64,000 nucleotides of DNA from assembly GCA_028286645.1 (NCBI GenBank), contig JAQBRF010000004.1, positions 273,536 to 337,535 on the forward strand. Reading direction: 5' to 3'. Below are positions 48,088 to 56,490 of the stretch, piece by piece (within the stretch, counting starts at the first letter, position 1; every line of letters begins with the position of its first letter). A program made the position numbers and the translations under genes. The notes beneath the pieces are model-generated. The model saw only the letters and a program-made list of their open reading frames with translations, was not told the origin of the DNA and made no database searches. This stretch comes from Candidatus Nomurabacteria bacterium. Lineage in GTDB: Bacteria > Patescibacteriota > Minisyncoccia > Phycocordibacterales > UBA5272.

Positions 48088-48807
48088 ATGAAATCTATCA
48101 GACATTTTTTTTCTAAAACTTCCAGCATCTCTACTTCCTCATCGATTTTACTTGGATCGCTTCTCATAGCATTGAGCATAGTAGTACACGGTTTTATAGT
48201 AATTCACTCGCAACCCAAAGTCGCTGTTCCGGCCTTTACCGGAAGATCAATAGACAAAACAGACCATGTAGAGGGGAGTAAAAACAGTGATGTAATTGTA
48301 ATGGAATACTCAGACCCAGAATGTCCATTTTGCGTAACTCTTTATCCAACCCTTAAACAAATTAGAAACCAATACGAAGATAAAGTGGCTTTTGTATACA
48401 GACACTTTCCTTTAACCCAAATACATCCCCACGCTTTTGATGAAGCAAGAGCCATAAGCTGCGCAGGACAAATAGGCGGAGAGAAGAAGTTTTTTGAATA
48501 TATGGATGCGCTATTTGGATATAAATCTAATAATCAGACTACTGAACTTCCTTCCACTGGAAAAGAAGACTTGGCAAAAGGAGCTGGAATTGATGTAAAC
48601 GCTTTTAATCAATGCATGCAATCCTCCGGTTCGGTAGACGCCATGAATGCAAGCATCACAGACGGAGTAAATGCTGGAGTTGAAGGAACACCTACAACGT
48701 TTATTTTGAAGAAAAATGGCTCAAATTATGATGTGATTGCATCCATTAGCGGAGCACAATCTGCTGCATATTTCACAGCAGCAATCGAAGAAGCATTGAA
48801 GAACTAG
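48088..48807 (+). CDS. DsbA-family thiol-disulfide oxidoreductase
   Basis: EYSDPECPFC, YRHFPL, GVEGTPT. Confidence 0.92.
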   Translation: MKSIRHFFSKTSSISTSSSILLGSLLIALSIVVHGFIVIHSQPKVAVPAFTGRSIDKTDHVEGSKNSDVIVMEYSDPECPFCVTLYPTLKQIRNQYEDKVAFVYRHFPLTQIHPHAFDEARAISCAGQIGGEKKFFEYMDALFGYKSNNQTTELPSTGKEDLAKGAGIDVNAFNQCMQSSGSVDAMNASITDGVNAGVEGTPTTFILKKNGSNYDVIASISGAQSAAYFTAAIEEALKN

Positions 48808-48869
48808 ATGGTAGACATTAGATTTTAGACTTTAGATCATACAAAAAGTTCCTAGTTCCTAGTTTTAAG

Positions 48870-48975
48870 AAAATAAAGCTCCCGAGAAGCTGAGCTCCTC
48901 GGGAGGGTCGTCACGAGTCCGAAGACCATACCTTTTCAGGTAGTTAATGAAGGACGAAACTTCATTAATCGTTAT
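48870..48975 (-). ncRNA. candidate small structured RNA
   Basis: TTGACA-16-TATGCT (extended -10) at 48982..49009; hairpins ttaatgaag/cttcattaa and tacc/ggta; terminator ctcccgag/ctcgggag + U run; longest ATG ORF seen is 9 aa. Confidence 0.45.
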
Positions 48976-49062
48976 ACATATAGCATAGCAAATCTACAGG
49001 ATTTGTCAAGCCCCTAATAAATCTACTTATTTTATTGTGTTTAATCTAAAATCTGATGTCTA

Positions 49063-49518
49063 CTATCTAACATCTGTTCGCACTTCTTCTGCATGCTCCT
49101 TTGCCTTCACATCTTCATATATCTTCTCTAGATTCCCCTCTTCATTTATTAAAAAACTTTTTCTAAGGACACCTTCGTATTCCTTGCCCATAAATTTCTT
49201 TTTGCCCCACGCCTCATATGCATTAATCACATCTTTGAATTCATCAGATAAAAGAGGAAACTGCAAATTAAATTTTTCAGCAAACTTCTTGTGGCTCTTC
49301 ACAGAGTCCGCACTCACTCCTAATATTACTAATCCCATTTTTTCGAATTCCTGGTACCCATCACGGAAGTTGCATGCTTCTGTTGTACATCCTGGAGTAT
49401 CATCTTTCGGATAAAAATAAAGCAAAACCTGTTTACCTTTATAACTTTCTAAACTATGAATCTTGCCGTCTTGATCTGGTAATGAAAATTCCGGTGCTTT
49501 TTGTCCTATTTTTAACAT
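49063..49518 (-). CDS. bcp: peroxiredoxin Bcp
   Basis: YFYPKDDTPGCTTEACNFRD. Confidence 0.95.
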   Translation of the reverse strand: MLKIGQKAPEFSLPDQDGKIHSLESYKGKQVLLYFYPKDDTPGCTTEACNFRDGYQEFEKMGLVILGVSADSVKSHKKFAEKFNLQFPLLSDEFKDVINAYEAWGKKKFMGKEYEGVLRKSFLINEEGNLEKIYEDVKAKEHAEEVRTDVR

Positions 49519-49611
49519 ATATAAATTATAGTATTAGTTATTGGTAATTAATTACAATTGTAACCTTTTGACGCAATTTTCTCTACTAATTTTGACCACC
49601 CATCTCTTCCC

Positions 49612-50040
49612 TTATGCACAAGATTTACATAACCCATAAATTTCCATTGAATGAGTTGTAGTTCTTTTAAACTTTTTACTCTTCTTAAGCATTTTCTTTA
49701 CTGTGTCATCAATAGAAATGCCGTCTATCTTTTCTATAGTCTCGCAATTATTGCATACCAGCTGATGTGATGGTCGTCCTGTCTCAAACTCATAGTGCGC
49801 ATGCCCATGATTAAAATCTGATCTTTTAATAAGCCCTGCCTCCTGCAAGGAAGTAAGATTTCTGTACACTGTAGCCTGATCAATCCCTTCTTTTTTTCTG
49901 AGAGAGTCAATCATTTCATATACTGTTACGGGTGCGCGCTGTTTTACCAAGAACGAAAGAACCGATGTTCTGTGATGAGTGACTCTTAGCCCAGCCTCCT
50001 GCAAAAGGGTAATAATATCTTCTTTTGAATATATAGCCAT
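49612..50040 (-). CDS. Fur-family regulator (probably Zur)
   Basis: GLRVTHHR, ATVYRNL, HQLVCNNC, GLCKSC; divergent from a ZIP transporter. Confidence 0.88.
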   Translation of the reverse strand: MAIYSKEDIITLLQEAGLRVTHHRTSVLSFLVKQRAPVTVYEMIDSLRKKEGIDQATVYRNLTSLQEAGLIKRSDFNHGHAHYEFETGRPSHQLVCNNCETIEKIDGISIDDTVKKMLKKSKKFKRTTTHSMEIYGLCKSCA

Positions 50041-50103
50041 AAAGATATATTATCACCTGAAAAGTTTCTTGCAAATAACTCGCGTTTTTATTAGAATATA
50101 AAA

Positions 50104-50847
50104 ATGATACATATCTCACCTTTTGTTCTATTTGTTACATTAACCGCCCTGTCCACTTTTATTGGAGGAATCGTAGCGTTTAAGTTAAAAACGCGCTTAA
50201 ATCTACTCCTCGGTTTTACTGCTGGAGTTATTTTGTCCGTTGTAGCTTTTGATCTGCTTCCAGAGATAAGCAATCTCGCCACATCTTTAAATATAAGTCT
50301 TCAAAATGCATTTGTGCCTTTAGTAATAGGATTTTTAATATTCCACGTGATAGAAAAGTACATTCAGATTCATATCGCGTGTGAAGATAATTATGGCCAT
50401 CATAGGCACCCCACCTTAGGAGTAGGATCCGCGCTGGCACTAATAGGCCATTCGTTACTAGATGGAATTGGAATAGGACTCGCCTTTCATATTTCTAATA
50501 CGACTGGTATTGCGGTCGCTTTTGCAGTCCTTGCGCATGATTTCTCAGACGGAATAAATACCGTTTCGCTTATGCTGTCCCATAAAAACACTAGGGCGAA
50601 AGCATTTGGATTTTTAATTCTTGATTCATTGGCTCCTATTATTGGTGCGGTTTCTACTTTATTTTTCACTCTTCCTGATAAATATGGAATTATTTATTTA
50701 GGCCTTTTTGCTGGATTTCTTCTTTATATTAGTACGTCCGACATTTTACCCGAAGCACACAGCGAGAAAAGTTCATGGGTTACGGTATTTATGACAGTCT
50801 TTGGTGCTGGAATTATGTATTTTATATTACAGTTTATTACTTTATAA
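50104..50847 (+). CDS. ZIP-family metal transporter
   Basis: GFTAGVIL..FDLLPE, HSLLDGIGIG, AHDFSDG, DILPEAH. Confidence 0.92.
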   Translation: MIHISPFVLFVTLTALSTFIGGIVAFKLKTRLNLLLGFTAGVILSVVAFDLLPEISNLATSLNISLQNAFVPLVIGFLIFHVIEKYIQIHIACEDNYGHHRHPTLGVGSALALIGHSLLDGIGIGLAFHISNTTGIAVAFAVLAHDFSDGINTVSLMLSHKNTRAKAFGFLILDSLAPIIGAVSTLFFTLPDKYGIIYLGLFAGFLLYISTSDILPEAHSEKSSWVTVFMTVFGAGIMYFILQFITL

Positions 50848-51889
50848 TTCCTCCTCCTATACAAATACTTTCCTTGTATAAAACAAGAGACTGTCCCGGC
50901 GTTTCTCCTAAATCTCCATCAAGCACTTTAAATGTATTTTTGTTAATTACTTCTACTTTAGCCAGAGGCGCTCTATATCTTGCTCTTGCTTCATAGACTT
51001 CCCCCTTTTTAACAGACTTAGTAAAGTGCACATCTTCCACATAAATTATATTTTCACTCTTTATTCTCTTGCCAGAGGAAACAATAATTGAGTTTGTCGC
51101 CATATCTTTACCTATGACAAAGTATGGTTTATCCTCCGTAGTTTTTTTAGTAATAGTAAATCCATGCCTTTCGCCAATAGTGTAAAATATGGCTCCATTA
51201 TGATGCCCAATTATTTCACCTTCCTCATTCTTTACATCCCCTTTCTTTTCTTCAATATAATTTTTAAGAAGTGTTTTTAGATCAATATTACCCACAAAGC
51301 ATAACCCCTGGCTGTCTTTTTTCTTAGAAACAGAAAGATTTACCTTTTCAGCGTAAGCTCTCACTTCCTCCTTTGTCATTCCTCCAACCGGGAATAATAC
51401 ATTCTTTAAAACCTCTGATGTAAGCGTCCAGAGGAAATATGTTTGATCTTTATTGCCATCAGCACTCTTTGCTAAATGCATTCCGCTTTCATCCTGGACA
51501 ATTTGCGAGTAATGACCAGTAGCAATATAATCCGCTCCTTCGGCCTTCGCCCAATCTAAAAATGCACCAAATTTTACCTGCTTATTGCACATGACATCTG
51601 GATTCGGAGTTCTCCCGGCTTTGTATTCCGAAATCATATAATCAATCACACCATTTTTATATTCTTTTTCTAAATCAAGAGTAATAAAAGGTATTTCTAA
51701 CATACCAGCTACCCTCATCGCGTCTAATCTATCTTCTTTCCATGTACACTCGATAAAATCTGGCTGCCACACCTTGATAAATACACCTGTTACATCATAT
51801 CCCTGCTCCTTAAGAAGAGCGGCTGAAACAGACGAATCTACTCCGCCTGACATTCCTACATATACTTTCTTTCTAATACCATTATTCAT
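50837..51889 (-). CDS. mnmA: tRNA 2-thiouridylase MnmA
   Basis: GMSGGVDSSVSA, GRTPNPDVMCN, ATGHY, KDQTYFL, DSQGLCF. Confidence 0.97.
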   Translation of the reverse strand: MNNGIRKKVYVGMSGGVDSSVSAALLKEQGYDVTGVFIKVWQPDFIECTWKEDRLDAMRVAGMLEIPFITLDLEKEYKNGVIDYMISEYKAGRTPNPDVMCNKQVKFGAFLDWAKAEGADYIATGHYSQIVQDESGMHLAKSADGNKDQTYFLWTLTSEVLKNVLFPVGGMTKEEVRAYAEKVNLSVSKKKDSQGLCFVGNIDLKTLLKNYIEEKKGDVKNEEGEIIGHHNGAIFYTIGERHGFTITKKTTEDKPYFVIGKDMATNSIIVSSGKRIKSENIIYVEDVHFTKSVKKGEVYEARARYRAPLAKVEVINKNTFKVLDGDLGETPGQSLVLYKESICIGGGIIK

Positions 51890-51990
51890 TTCACTACTCT
51901 ACCATAAATATCAATTCTTCTAAGAGCCATATTTACAAATCATCTTAGTGGGTATAGGATTAAATAAAGACTTTCAACGTGGAGGGAATC

Positions 51991-52284
51991 ATGAAAACTT
52001 GCTCATTTGCAATACTGGTGGCCGTACTCCTTTCTGTCTCCCCAAGCGCTTCGGCACAACATCGCGGGTTTCGTCATGGCGGCCCTCCGGTGGTTTTTTC
52101 AGTCCCAGGTCCGGTTTATTATGGGCCTCCTGTATATATAGCTCCCGCGCCGGTTTACTACGGTCCGCCCATCTACATGGCTCCGCCCCCCAGGAGACAA
52201 TATATTGAAATTGCACCCGTTTGCCGAGATGTATACATCGGTACAGATCAGTGGGGGAAAGATCACTTCGATCACAGCTGCTGA
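51991..52284 (+). CDS. small secreted Pro/Tyr-rich protein (GC-rich ORFan unit)
   Basis: GGAGG SD, signal peptide, repeated PVYYGPP; hairpin gggtgcgc-ttaat-gcgcaccc downstream. Confidence 0.7.
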   Translation: MKTCSFAILVAVLLSVSPSASAQHRGFRHGGPPVVFSVPGPVYYGPPVYIAPAPVYYGPPIYMAPPPRRQYIEIAPVCRDVYIGTDQWGKDHFDHSC

Positions 52285-52305
52285 ATCTTTGTGGCTGGGG
52301 TGCGC

Positions 52306-52860
52306 TTAATGCGCACCCATTATTTTTTTATACACTTCTACTAGCGCTCTTGTATCCGCTAAAGCTGTATGGGCTTTCGTATTTTCTACTTTTAATAACT
52401 CACAAAGTGCTCGAAGTGAAAATTTATCAGCCTGAGGAGCATCATAAAGTCTGGCAAGGGCCATTGAGATGGTGTCAAGCTTTCCATAGTGCATCTTATT
52501 TTCTACTCCTGTTTCTTCAAATGCCTTTGAAACGAAAGCATAATCAAACACAATATTATGGGACACGAAAATTGCTCCTTGAGTTTTTTTAGCAAATTCT
52601 TCCATGGCTTTTTTCCGGTCAACTGCAAACATCCAATCAACTTCATTGTACCCATTGATTCGCAATGCCTCATCTTCAGCAGTTTCTATATGCTGGGGTT
52701 TTATTTTCCACTCGGCTTCTTCTATTATTTCTAACCGTGGGCCTTTTCCTTCACGCTCTACTTGCTTGGCGATTATTACCGCAAGTTCTATGATTTCATG
52801 TTTATTTGGATCGGTCCCCGTTGTTTCTGTGTCTATAAAGGCGAGATTATGTACTTTCAT
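52306..52860 (-). CDS. DEDDh 3'-5' exonuclease (DnaQ-like)
   Basis: FIDTETTG, SHNIVFD, LDT, AHTALAD. Confidence 0.92.
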   Translation of the reverse strand: MKVHNLAFIDTETTGTDPNKHEIIELAVIIAKQVEREGKGPRLEIIEEAEWKIKPQHIETAEDEALRINGYNEVDWMFAVDRKKAMEEFAKKTQGAIFVSHNIVFDYAFVSKAFEETGVENKMHYGKLDTISMALARLYDAPQADKFSLRALCELLKVENTKAHTALADTRALVEVYKKIMGAH

Positions 52861-52866
52861 TCCGGA

Positions 52867-53769
52867 TTATTTTAAATACTTTTTAATGTTGTTTTTATGC
52901 TCAGCGAATGTCTTCGAGTAATACATTGTACCATCCGGACCCGTTAAATAATAAAGGTAGCTTGTATGCTCAGGGTTAAATACAGCCTGTATCGAATTAA
53001 GTCCAGGATTATTAATTGGGACAAATGAAAGTCCGGTTTTAGCATATGTTTCCATTGCAACATCAACTTGCAATCTCATATTCTTCTTTAATCTTTGCAA
53101 CAGGATACCAGCCACGATTTGCATATCTACTTCGGTCTTAGCCTCACCTTCTAATATCGCAGCTAAATTTATAACGTCATCTCGATTTTTTAATGGTGCA
53201 GGTATGGTAGAAGTAGCGAACATTTCAGAATACTTCTTTTCAAATGTGGAATTCATTATTTCAATAGCCCTATCTTCAGTGGTAGATGGCAGCAAATAAT
53301 ATGTTGAGGGGAATAGCTTTCCATCTAATTTCTTTTCCGAGACCTTTTCGCCAAAAATATCTACTGAGAAATTCAGTAGTTTCTTTTTTATTATCTCGGC
53401 TATCTCAAAGGTGGTGCTGCCTTCAGGAATAGTTATGCTTACAAGCGGTACATCCGGATTATCATAAGCCATTTTCTTAACCACTTCATACAGAGGAAGG
53501 GGTCTGTCGAAAGTATATCCGCCTAATTGGATGTGCTTATCACGGCCTAAAACAGACACCAGTACCCTAAATCCGAGAGCAGACTTTATATATCCTTCAT
53601 ATTCCAATCTGCTGCTTAAACTAGATAAACTCTCCCCTTCTTCCACCGTGAAGACTGTTCCTGCTTTAAATTGTTTAGATGGCTTAGATAGAGAAAATAC
53701 ATACAATAAAGCGCCAACTAAAATAATTATAATAAATAAAATTGCAAATAAAGACTTTCCTCTAATCAT
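52867..53769 (-). CDS. mltG: endolytic transglycosylase MltG
   Basis: TIPEG, GKLFPSTY, LAAILEGEA, MRLQVD, PINNPG, YLYY. Confidence 0.9.
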   Translation of the reverse strand: MIRGKSLFAILFIIIILVGALLYVFSLSKPSKQFKAGTVFTVEEGESLSSLSSRLEYEGYIKSALGFRVLVSVLGRDKHIQLGGYTFDRPLPLYEVVKKMAYDNPDVPLVSITIPEGSTTFEIAEIIKKKLLNFSVDIFGEKVSEKKLDGKLFPSTYYLLPSTTEDRAIEIMNSTFEKKYSEMFATSTIPAPLKNRDDVINLAAILEGEAKTEVDMQIVAGILLQRLKKNMRLQVDVAMETYAKTGLSFVPINNPGLNSIQAVFNPEHTSYLYYLTGPDGTMYYSKTFAEHKNNIKKYLK

Positions 53770-53773
53770 GGGA

Positions 53774-55285
53774 TTATTGTGGTAAATTTACTGGCGCAAT
53801 ACCCTTCGTGCTATCAATACGTGGAAGAGTAGGAGTAGTAGCAACCAATCCTGGGAAGTGCCAAAGGCTGGCGATCTCTTCAAGGTTTAAAACAGATAAT
53901 CCTTCAGGCTCAACTCGGGAAAATGGATGGAGAAATATTTGATATAGCATAAAAAACGTTTTTCTTGCTTTCATTGAACTTGACCAGAAGAAATCATCGG
54001 CCCATCTAGACATAAATTTAGATTCATGGACCATCGGCATTATCCCCTCTCTTTCTACATAAGCATCGAACAACTCCTCACTTCTCCACGGCACTCGTCT
54101 TTTACCAGTATCTTCCCAGGGGTAATCATACGGGTCTGTTGGAAGTGGGCTGAATGAATTGCCGGCAGGAAGTCCGTATGGCTTCAAAACCCCTAGCACG
54201 TTTTGGATGTGTGCGGGATTAAAATTCTCCTTCTTAGTAATATAAATAAGCCTGATTGCTGAAGCTAAAAGCGGCTTGCTCATCTTTTTATTTATTAAAT
54301 CAATTTCATTTTTATCTTCTGCATTAAGCTCGTTTTCTTTTTTGTATATAACAACATTTGATTCATATTTTATAGGAACAGTAGTAGGTTTCCCTCCTAC
54401 CTCGGTCGCGGGAACTGTTCTTGTTTCCACTCCGCCGTATTTACTTACAGCATCTGATCCTTTTTGCATTACATCAGCTATTCTTATTTGCTCTCTCCTT
54501 TCCTTGGCCATATCAGAAACTGAGTACTCTTTCTTTAGCCCATCTTTGATTTTATTTTTAAAAAGTTTCGGGAACTTCTTTCCATTAAAGTTGCCTTCGT
54601 CTGACACAACTATCTGAAACCACGCATGCTCACCCTTCCCTAAACTTCCCATGAATTCAAGGATTGTGTTTATTGGGTCCACCTTATGTTCTTCCTTAGG
54701 ATTTTCCTCAAGCTTGTAGTCAACATATGTTTTAAGAGGGTACATGTCTGCTTTCATTTCTTCTTTCGGATTTTCTGTTTTCTTTCCAGTAGCTTTTACA
54801 GTAGGAGACCATTTTTTACTCAATGAATGTGTAGCACCCCAAAGAGACACATCCTTAGTTAGGTGGTGATACCGAATAAGACTTGTATAGTCTGGCGCCT
54901 CCACGATCTCTATTCCTGGATAATGCGCATAAAGACTGGCTTCCATTATTGGACGGTATTTCTTTTCAACCCGCAAATAAAAATGCACAATGCCTTCAAT
55001 TGAGGCAATTTCAAGAGAGCTATAAACAGGTATATTCCCTTTAAAGTACTTTTTATACCAAACACTCACCCCCCCGCTTTGCAAAAGAGAATGAAGCGCT
55101 GTTTCCATCGCAACTGGGGACTTATCTATTTCTCGAGGTAATTTAATGTCTAGCAGCACCCACGATAAAGAGTTTATATATTTCTGATTTACATAATAAA
55201 CCCATAAACGCCAAATCCAGGCGCTTAATATGAGAAATATAATTATATAGATGACACTAAGGACGGTATCAATCAAAAACTGCAT
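53774..55285 (-). CDS. conserved hypothetical membrane-anchored protein
   Basis: N-terminal TM; LLDIKLPREIDKSPVAME, SLEIAS, YPLKTY, LNLEEIASLWHFP; start moved to MQFL (TATACT 6 nt upstream). Confidence 0.7.
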   Translation of the reverse strand: MQFLIDTVLSVIYIIIFLILSAWIWRLWVYYVNQKYINSLSWVLLDIKLPREIDKSPVAMETALHSLLQSGGVSVWYKKYFKGNIPVYSSLEIASIEGIVHFYLRVEKKYRPIMEASLYAHYPGIEIVEAPDYTSLIRYHHLTKDVSLWGATHSLSKKWSPTVKATGKKTENPKEEMKADMYPLKTYVDYKLEENPKEEHKVDPINTILEFMGSLGKGEHAWFQIVVSDEGNFNGKKFPKLFKNKIKDGLKKEYSVSDMAKERREQIRIADVMQKGSDAVSKYGGVETRTVPATEVGGKPTTVPIKYESNVVIYKKENELNAEDKNEIDLINKKMSKPLLASAIRLIYITKKENFNPAHIQNVLGVLKPYGLPAGNSFSPLPTDPYDYPWEDTGKRRVPWRSEELFDAYVEREGIMPMVHESKFMSRWADDFFWSSSMKARKTFFMLYQIFLHPFSRVEPEGLSVLNLEEIASLWHFPGLVATTPTLPRIDSTKGIAPVNLPQ

Positions 55286-55408
55286 GAATAAAAGTATAAC
55301 ACGGGCAGTTTCTAGTTTCATGTTTCAAGAAAATACCAAGAGAATATAAAGTAAAGAAAAGCGCCTTAAGGCGCTTTTCTTTCTATGAACTTGAAACCGG
55401 AAACTAGT

Positions 55409-56437
55409 TTATGCCAATGTGTAATCTCCGGCTACTTTTCTGAAATATTTTGAATTTTGCAAGTTAACGAGGATTGTATTTGGCTTAACAATTCTCTTTG
55501 TAAGCACTCTTTTGATGATCTCCTCTTTTGAAAGAGGTCTGCCTGATTCTTTAAGTACTTCTGCGATAACATCTCGGACAACTCCGCCTGTGTGGCCCCA
55601 GTCTTTAAGACCATACATTCCACGCCCCACTAAAACAAAGCGAGGATCCTTAATAAGCTCGTTATGGCAGGTTGCAACATGAGCCTTCTTTCCAAAGGTT
55701 TTATTAATTTCCAAAGCAACTTCCTTAAAGTGCATGGGCTCTCCTCGGCGGCGCATTATTAAGTATGCATAATCTTTAATTCCTCGAGCTTTAACATGAG
55801 GAGATGAAGTTCTTCCCCATTCATTTAACTGATTTTTACCTATCACCTTAGAAAGCGCTAAATATCTGTAAATAACTTCTTTGTTACCTTTATATTCAGA
55901 AATAAGATCAGATAGATGTGTCATGAATCGATTGAAAATCTCTTCTTCCGTAACTAAATCTTTCTCACTGATAGAGCTGTATAACTTATTTAAAGCCTCT
56001 CGTACATTCGTGGCTGTTTTTTCATCAATAGTCCAGTGATACTTAAAAGCGTCATCTTCCTTATGCTTTTTAAATTCATCGCTTAATGCTAAATAAAGAT
56101 TGATATGGTTTTGAACTACAGGATCTTTAGAAATATGTTTCATGAGGTGTTCCTCTGAAACTACACCGCCAAGCTCCTTGACGATTTTCTTAAGTTCTTC
56201 AAATATGAATTGATGTTCTCTATATTCCTTAGATTTCTTAATTGTAGAAAGAGCGAAGTTTTCAATCTGACGAACTCGCTCACGAGTAATGTCATAAGTC
56301 TTACCGATGGCTTCGAGGGTCATGCGATTCTCTCCTTCTAGACCATAACGATTAACCACGATCTCTCGAGTTCGCGGATTAAGCGTCGTTAGAAGCTTTT
56401 TTGAAACGGTTTTTGGCTTGAAAGTGATACTAGACAT
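55409..56437 (-). CDS. sigma70 region-4 HTH + HARE-HTH (RNAP delta-like) domain protein
   Basis: RYGL...TLEAIGKTYDITRERVRQIE; PMHFKEVA...HNELIKDPRFVLVGRGMYGLKDW. Confidence 0.8.
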   Translation of the reverse strand: MSSITFKPKTVSKKLLTTLNPRTREIVVNRYGLEGENRMTLEAIGKTYDITRERVRQIENFALSTIKKSKEYREHQFIFEELKKIVKELGGVVSEEHLMKHISKDPVVQNHINLYLALSDEFKKHKEDDAFKYHWTIDEKTATNVREALNKLYSSISEKDLVTEEEIFNRFMTHLSDLISEYKGNKEVIYRYLALSKVIGKNQLNEWGRTSSPHVKARGIKDYAYLIMRRRGEPMHFKEVALEINKTFGKKAHVATCHNELIKDPRFVLVGRGMYGLKDWGHTGGVVRDVIAEVLKESGRPLSKEEIIKRVLTKRIVKPNTILVNLQNSKYFRKVAGDYTLA

Positions 56438-56490
56438 AATTATTATTACTATTTAACGTGCTTCTATTCTACTATAACTTGCCAAATTAG

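Noticed and set aside
48912-48962. Hammerhead ribozyme on the + strand (gagtcc...ggacgaaac)
   Set aside because: The CUGANGA core is absent (tcacga), and the promoter and terminator point to the minus strand.
50069-50085. Zur/Fur box between the regulator and the ZIP transporter (ttgcaaataactcgcgt)
   Set aside because: The position is plausible, but the palindrome is too degenerate to call from one instance.
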